Positions 60,182-64,000 of a stretch of DNA of 64,000 nucleotides are shown here, in pieces; the stretch's first letter is position 1; each line of letters starts with the position of its first letter. The notes beneath the pieces are model-generated. The model did not search any database. It saw only the letters and a list, made by a program, of their open reading frames with translations, and was not told where the DNA came from. Source of the DNA: Candidatus Krumholzibacteriota bacterium (GTDB taxonomy: Bacteria; Krumholzibacteriota; Krumholzibacteriia; Krumholzibacteriales; Krumholzibacteriaceae); assembly GCA_041309605.1 (NCBI GenBank), contig JBFYZH010000036.1:23568-87567 (forward strand), given 5' to 3'. Position numbers and translations under genes: made by a program.

Positions 60182-61573
60182 ATGAGCTTCAGAATCAACC
60201 ATAACCTCAGCTCGATCAACGCTCTGAGAAACCTGGGACAGACCGAGTCTGTCGTAGCCAAGTCTCTCGAACGTCTGAGCTCAGGTCTACGTGTCAACAG
60301 GGGTTCCGACGACCCCGCGGGTCTTGTGATTTCGCAGAACATGAGAGCCCAGATCAGCGGTATTCAGCAGGCCATCGAGAACGCCGAGACGGCGACGGCG
60401 ATGGTGCAGACGGCGGAGGGGGCCATGACGGAAATTCACAACCTCCTCAACAACATCCGCGAACTGACGATCCATGCGGCCAACAGCGGCGCAAACGACA
60501 GCGTCATGCTTTCAGCAGACCAGGACGAAATCGACAACGCGATCGCGACGATCAACCGTATCGCGGCGCAGAGCCAGTTCGGCACAAGGAAGCTGTTCGA
60601 CGGGTCGAGCGGCATGTCGGGAACGACCACTCTTACGACGGTCACTTTCCTCGACGCCACCGAGAACACCGTTGCCGGCACCTACGCGATAACGATTACA
60701 ACGGCGGCCGACCAGGCGCAGGCGACAGCCGGCACTGACCAGACAGCGGTTCTCGGCGCCGCCGAAACGCTCACGGTCAACGGCGTATCGATCGCCCTTA
60801 CAGCCGGCATGACACAGGCCCAGGTGGTCACGGCGATCAACAACTACAGTTCCTCAACACAGGCTACCGCCTCGGTAGTCGCCGGCGCCCTCACCATCAC
60901 GACCGAGGGTTACGGATCGGCCGAAACGGCTTCAGTCGTGTCCACGGTCGCGGCCGCCACGACAAGCACCGGCGTCGGCACGACAGCCGTCACCGATACC
61001 GGCGCCGACATCGCCGGCACGATAGGCAGCCTCGCCGCGACCGGCAACGGTCTCGTGCTCACAGGCGACGTCGATACGGCCGTCGATGGACTTTCGGTCT
61101 CCACGGCTCTTGCCGCAGGCGCTGCCGGCAGCGTTACGGTAACCGACAATTCCCTTGTCTTCCAGGTCGGAGCGAACAAGGGACAGACGGTCGAGATAGC
61201 CCTGAACGCTCTGTCGGCCACCAATATCGGAACAGCGGTTTCCGGGAACTCGTTCAACAACCTGAGCGAGATAGTCGTGACAACCGCCGACGGCGCCCAG
61301 GATGCCATCGAGATCGTCGACAAGGCGATTCAGCAGTTGTCGGAGAAGCGCGGCGAGCTCGGCGTGTTCCAGAAGAACACCCTGGAGAGCACCGCTATAA
61401 ACCTCGCGATTGCCGAGGAGAACCTTGTCGCCGCGGAATCGATCATCCGCGACGTCGACTTCGCCAGCGAGATGGCGGAGCTGACCAAGAACCAGATACT
61501 TCTGCAGTCCGGCACGGCCATGCTTGTGCAGGCCAACCAGATACCGCAGGTGGTATTGCAGCTGCTCCAGTAA
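60182..61573 (+). CDS. fliC: Flagellin (copy 2)
   Basis: 463 aa, collinear with copy 1 at ~80% identity. RBS GGAGGAG. Confidence 0.9.
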   Translation: MSFRINHNLSSINALRNLGQTESVVAKSLERLSSGLRVNRGSDDPAGLVISQNMRAQISGIQQAIENAETATAMVQTAEGAMTEIHNLLNNIRELTIHAANSGANDSVMLSADQDEIDNAIATINRIAAQSQFGTRKLFDGSSGMSGTTTLTTVTFLDATENTVAGTYAITITTAADQAQATAGTDQTAVLGAAETLTVNGVSIALTAGMTQAQVVTAINNYSSSTQATASVVAGALTITTEGYGSAETASVVSTVAAATTSTGVGTTAVTDTGADIAGTIGSLAATGNGLVLTGDVDTAVDGLSVSTALAAGAAGSVTVTDNSLVFQVGANKGQTVEIALNALSATNIGTAVSGNSFNNLSEIVVTTADGAQDAIEIVDKAIQQLSEKRGELGVFQKNTLESTAINLAIAEENLVAAESIIRDVDFASEMAELTKNQILLQSGTAMLVQANQIPQVVLQLLQ

Positions 61574-61592
61574 GCTGGTTTCCGTTTCCAAA

Positions 61593-61628
61593 AGCCTCCC
61601 CGGCTGTCGCCGGGGAGGCTTTCTTCGA
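61593..61628 (+). terminator. Rho-independent terminator after flagellin 2
   Basis: 12-bp stem agcctccccggc/gccggggaggct with loop tgtc, followed by a T-rich tract. Confidence 0.7.
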
Positions 61629-61805
61629 TTGCCGCATCAGGATCGCGGCTCCATCGTAACCGGTCCGCCTCTCTGGTAAGTTTGAAACGGGAAATAATTT
61701 CCCGATATCGGCGGTCTCATCAATTATCAATAAAGAATTATCCGCCGCGGCCGACAATTCATACCATGGAAGAGTGATTCGAATTTTCGAAAGGGGAATA
61801 ATATC

Positions 61806-64000
61806 ATGGCTGGTGTAGGAGGAGTAAGCGGGCTCATAACGGGTCTCGATACCGTCGATCTGATCAGCAAGATGCTCGATCTGGAGCGCCGGCCCATAAC
61901 CAAACTGCAGACAAGGATGGCGACCAATCTCGATTTGAAAAGCGCCTATGAGACGCTGGAAGCCAACCTGATGGCTTTGAAGATCGATGCGAGAAACCTT
62001 CAAAGGCGGGATCTTTTCAAGACAATAACGGCCGGATCGTCCAACGAGGACGTCGTCACGGCGACGGCTTCGGGATCGGCCTCGATCGGGAGTTACTCGC
62101 TTTCCGTCTCGCAGCTCGCGCAGAACCACCAGATCGCGTCCGGAGTTTTCTCAAGCAAGGATGAGTTGTCCGTGGGGACCGGCACGATCACGATAAGCGT
62201 GGGCAGCGATTCGCCGGTCGAGATAACGGTGGATTCCAGCAACAATACGCTGGAAAAGGTGGCCGCGGCCATAAATTCCTCGGGAGCCGACGTCAGGGCG
62301 GTCATCGTGAATATCGGAGGGGAGGATGCGGAGTACAAGCTCCTGATATCCGGCGGGGAAACCGGGGAGTCGCGAAGAATCGTGATGGACGAGGATCTTG
62401 CCGGAGGAGCTGGGTTGCAGCTCGGAAATGTCGAAGAAGCGTCAAACGTCGTTTGGTCCGGAAGTTCCGTCGCCGCTTCGTCGGGAAATTACACCGGCAA
62501 CGCGGATGCGACCTTCACCTTTTCAGTGGCGGAGGGGGGCGGGGGAACTGTCGGAACCGACACGATACTTCTCGAATACACCGATGGAAACGGAATCTCG
62601 GGAACGGTTACGATCCCGTCCGATTATACGGCCGGGTCGAATGTGCATGTATATGGCGGCCTCGAGATATTCCTCGGCGCCGGCACGGTGATCGAGGGTG
62701 ACAGCTTCACCGTGAACGTGGAATCGTCGACCATACAGGCGCCCGTCAATGCGATGTTCACTCTGGGAAGCGGCGCCGGCGGGGGAACGCCGGTCGTTCT
62801 GGAAAGCGCCACAAACACGGTCTCGGACCTGATAGACAACGTCACGCTGGAACTTCTAAGCGTGTCCTCCGGTTCGCCGGTAAAGATAGATGTAGCCGTC
62901 GACATAGATGAAATGGTCGAAAACATCCAGACATTTGTCAACCGCTACAGCGATGTAGTCAAATTTTTCAACAATCACTTCAAATACGACGAGGATGCCG
63001 GGGCAGGAGGCAATCTTTTCGGGGAGTCATTCGCCATCAGGCTCAACCAGGCCGTCAGGCACCAGGTCACCGATCTTGTCGAGGGACTCGACCAGCAACT
63101 CACGAGTCTCTCGGTGTTGGGAGTGAAAACGCTGACCGACGGAACGTTGACGGTCGACGCAGCATCGTTGAGATCGACGATAGAAAACGATCCAGACGCG
63201 GTAGTAAACCTTTTTTCATCGATGGGGCGGACTACCGATGCTGATGTGCAGTTTCTTATCGCCGGCTCCTCGACCGTTCCTTCGCACATGGTAGATCCTG
63301 ACGGCTATGACATAGAGATAACGATCGCAGCGACCAGGTCCGCCTACTCCGGCGTGTCGATCGCGTCCCCGTCGGCGGTATCTCCGATTGTGATCAATTC
63401 GACCAACAACACGTTCAAAATTACTCTGGACGGGAATGAGACAGGGGAGTTGTCCATCGCCGACGGTTCCTACACGTCCGGGGCGGAACTGGCTTCGGCG
63501 ATCGAAAGCGCCGTCAACGGCGCATCCGAAGTGAACAATTCGAGGATCTCGGTCCAGTACGTCGACGATGGCGGCGGGAACGGTCACCTGCAGTTCGTTT
63601 CGGATCAGTACGGTTCGTCCTCGACGGTGGAGTTCGAGGAGGTCGCCGGAAACTCGATCTATTCGACGATCGGCGTATCGACCGGGCAATTGAGCAGGGG
63701 GACGGACGTGGCGGGAACGATAAACGGCGAGGAAGCAACTGGAGCGGGCAGGCACCTGATAAGCAATAGCGACAACGAGTACACGGCCGGACTTCAGCTC
63801 CTTGTGACGATCACCGCCGAACAACTTGCCGTACAGGGAAGCAGCCAGGGCAAGGTGGTTGTCACGAAAGGGATAGCCTCGAGACTGACCGAGTACCTCA
63901 ACGACCTGACCGACATTGAATCGGGAGCGCTGACGGGGAAAAAGACGGCGATCGAGGATGAAAACACGATTATGCAGGACCGGATAGATTTGCTGCAGGC
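61806..64000 (+). CDS. fliD: Flagellar filament cap protein FliD (3' end beyond window; at least 731 aa)
   Basis: Hand translation from the ATG at 61806 gives MAGVGGVSGLITGLDTVDLISKMLDLERRPITKLQ...SAYETLEANLMALK...YSLSVSQLAQNHQ, which is the FliD N-terminal signature. The frame is open to the window end (...ENTIMQDRIDLLQ). Confidence 0.75.
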   Translation, partial: MAGVGGVSGLITGLDTVDLISKMLDLERRPITKLQTRMATNLDLKSAYETLEANLMALKIDARNLQRRDLFKTITAGSSNEDVVTATASGSASIGSYSLSVSQLAQNHQIASGVFSSKDELSVGTGTITISVGSDSPVEITVDSSNNTLEKVAAAINSSGADVRAVIVNIGGEDAEYKLLISGGETGESRRIVMDEDLAGGAGLQLGNVEEASNVVWSGSSVAASSGNYTGNADATFTFSVAEGGGGTVGTDTILLEYTDGNGISGTVTIPSDYTAGSNVHVYGGLEIFLGAGTVIEGDSFTVNVESSTIQAPVNAMFTLGSGAGGGTPVVLESATNTVSDLIDNVTLELLSVSSGSPVKIDVAVDIDEMVENIQTFVNRYSDVVKFFNNHFKYDEDAGAGGNLFGESFAIRLNQAVRHQVTDLVEGLDQQLTSLSVLGVKTLTDGTLTVDAASLRSTIENDPDAVVNLFSSMGRTTDADVQFLIAGSSTVPSHMVDPDGYDIEITIAATRSAYSGVSIASPSAVSPIVINSTNNTFKITLDGNETGELSIADGSYTSGAELASAIESAVNGASEVNNSRISVQYVDDGGGNGHLQFVSDQYGSSSTVEFEEVAGNSIYSTIGVSTGQLSRGTDVAGTINGEEATGAGRHLISNSDNEYTAGLQLLVTITAEQLAVQGSSQGKVVVTKGIASRLTEYLNDLTDIESGALTGKKTAIEDENTIMQDRIDLLQ

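Noticed and set aside
61660-61700. Possible sigma28 promoter ahead of fliD (TAAGTTT ... CCCGATAT)
   Set aside because: The spacer is ~18-21 nt rather than ~11; kept only as a weak possibility.
61443-62129. 228-aa minus-strand ORF across the flagellin-2 / fliD junction
   Set aside because: Antisense to the fliD N-terminus, which has the canonical cap-protein signature, and to an intergenic terminator.

Overview
High-GC (~60%) bacterial chromosomal window, gene-dense, with no obvious mobile elements or CRISPR arrays. Three protein families point to a diderm member of the FCB-group / candidate-phylum radiation; this is inference from domain content. They are a GWxTD-domain protein (439..1794), a secreted beta-propeller with a T9SS-type C-terminal sorting domain (33391..34920), and FlgH/FlgI L/P-ring genes. 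Layout by region: (i) 1..6322: 3' end of a MacB/FtsX-type permease gene, a GWxTD protein, a peptide/nickel-type ABC importer (lipoprotein SBP plus two permeases, no ATPase) and an NlpC/P60 peptidase. (ii) 6323..8123: a monocistronic, acidic, aromatic-rich putative outer-membrane beta-barrel gene with a 416-bp AT-rich leader and a strong terminator. (iii) 8204..18913: a rhomboid-TPR protein, then a long co-oriented block radC-mreB-mreC-mreD-mrdA-rodA-pmbA/tldD-lgt-comF. (iv) 18972..23642: a glycolytic block fba-gap-pgk-tpiA followed by secG and tRNA-Leu(GAG), with a candidate promoter and a terminator. (v) 23750..35034: a mixed region with a DUF4446-like gene, a second rhomboid, a secreted beta-helix protein, a periplasmic amidohydrolase, a DUF4097 repeat protein, a large lipoprotein, system II cytochrome c biogenesis genes (resB/ccsA) and the T9SS-tail protein. 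(vi) 35161..40271: a second peptide-type ABC importer that has a signal-anchored beta-CASP MBL hydrolase embedded between the SBP and the permeases. (vii) 40380..47504: a ThiI-like PP-loop ATPase, NUDIX, PfkB kinase, YfcE phosphoesterase, CutA, a SAM methyltransferase and a GT2-TPR glycosyltransferase. (viii) 47572..64000: a hybrid receiver-histidine kinase followed by a late flagellar cluster, flgF-flgG-flgA-flgH-flgI-flgJ(N)-flgN-flgK-flgL-fliW-csrA-flagellin-flagellin-fliD, with fliD running off the window end. I could not identify a clear-cut novel defence or mobile system. The most interesting biology is the mosaic flagellar locus (diderm L/P-ring genes combined with a fliW-csrA-flagellin partner-switch module, two tandem ~80%-identical flagellins sharing a leader motif, and candidate sigma54 and sigma28 promoters), and the two ATPase-less Opp-like loci, one carrying an embedded nuclease-like hydrolase.
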